18,023 nt of DNA from Candidatus Bipolaricaulia bacterium (GTDB lineage: Bacteria; Bipolaricaulota; Bipolaricaulia; JBHIAT01), in assembly GCA_046758705.1 (NCBI GenBank), contig JBHIAT010000065.1, positions 1 to 18,023 of the forward strand, read 5' to 3'. Shown piece after piece: positions 17,401 to 18,023 of this stretch (its first letter is position 1; each line of letters starts with the position of its first letter). A program made the translations under genes and the position numbers. Below the pieces are notes generated by a model. That model had not been told where the DNA came from. It saw only the letters and a list, made by a program, of their open reading frames with translations, and did not search any database.

Positions 17401-17838
17401 ATGAAAAGGTCGATGCAGCGTTTCGGATGGCCCAGCGTTTGGGTCGTGTTGACTGTAACGGTTTTGATAGGAGTCTTCAGCACGCCCCTTCGGTCCATCG
17501 TGACCGGAGGCGTGCTGGAGGGTCCCCTGGAACAGTACCAGGCGTACTCGGTCGAACAGGCCAAAGCGACCACCGGGAAGTTCGGTTGTATAGCGTGTCA
17601 CCAATTGGAAGGTCAAGGCCGGTCGATCACCCTCAGCTTCGAGGACATCAGCCGATTGGCTCCGTCGCGGGCGGAGCAGTTGGGATTTGCGTCTACGGCC
17701 GACTTCATCCGGCAGTCGATCCTCGATCCGAGGGCGTTCATCGAGTACCAGGCGCCCGCCATCATGCCCACCGGTTTCGGCAACGTGATGACGGCCGCCG
17801 AGTTTGAGAACCTGGTCAAGTTCTTGACGGCGCCCTGA
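17401..17838 (+). CDS. Monoheme c-type cytochrome, exported/membrane-anchored
   Basis: N-terminal hydrophobic segment, CIACH heme motif, IRQSILDP...IMP (distal Met)...LVKFL. Confidence 0.85.
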   Translation: MKRSMQRFGWPSVWVVLTVTVLIGVFSTPLRSIVTGGVLEGPLEQYQAYSVEQAKATTGKFGCIACHQLEGQGRSITLSFEDISRLAPSRAEQLGFASTADFIRQSILDPRAFIEYQAPAIMPTGFGNVMTAAEFENLVKFLTAP

Positions 17839-17866
17839 TCATCGATCTTCGAGGCCACGACACTAC

Positions 17867-17895
17867 TTGACAGAAGGACGCAAGATTGGCATAGT
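17867..17895 (+). promoter_or_regulatory. Putative promoter for a downstream gene outside the window
   Basis: TTGACA (17867-17872), 17 bp spacer, TGnCATAGT (-10 at 17890-17895) in an AT-rich intergenic region. Confidence 0.45.
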
Positions 17896-18023
17896 ATTGG
17901 GTAAATTTTGTGAAAGAGGAGCAACTTACCGTTCGCTCATTCTAGATAGCAAAAATCAGAATCGCCGATTCGACAGCGGTCGCCAGATACGATAAGATAC
18001 AAGCTACCCAGGTTTGTATCATG

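Overview
Bacterial window with two parts. Bases ~4120-18023 are core-like: rpmE, rpsI (no adjacent rplM), ahcY, a CsgG-like exported protein, a complete minus-strand his operon (hisG-D-C-H-A-B-F-IE, PHP phosphatase) ending in purH, then a divergent LysM/beta-propeller gene and a c-type cytochrome. Bases 1-~4120 are accessory: an XPB/Rad25-like helicase plus DUF790/Bax1 nuclease pair, a probable gene fragment, and a nested IS200/IS605 locus at 1-650. There, a minus-strand tnpB-like gene (missed by the ORF track, runs off the window) is interrupted at its third codon by a ~320 bp ORF-less, oppositely oriented mini-element. The mini-element has left- and right-end hairpins, its own promoter and an omega-RNA-like scaffold. 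Precise excision would restore MANNHSTP...IRKTYKYR in frame, and the predicted guide would then target the restored tnpB start. The tnpB leader also resembles the symE/SymR cis-antisense arrangement. These functional readings are inference from sequence only.
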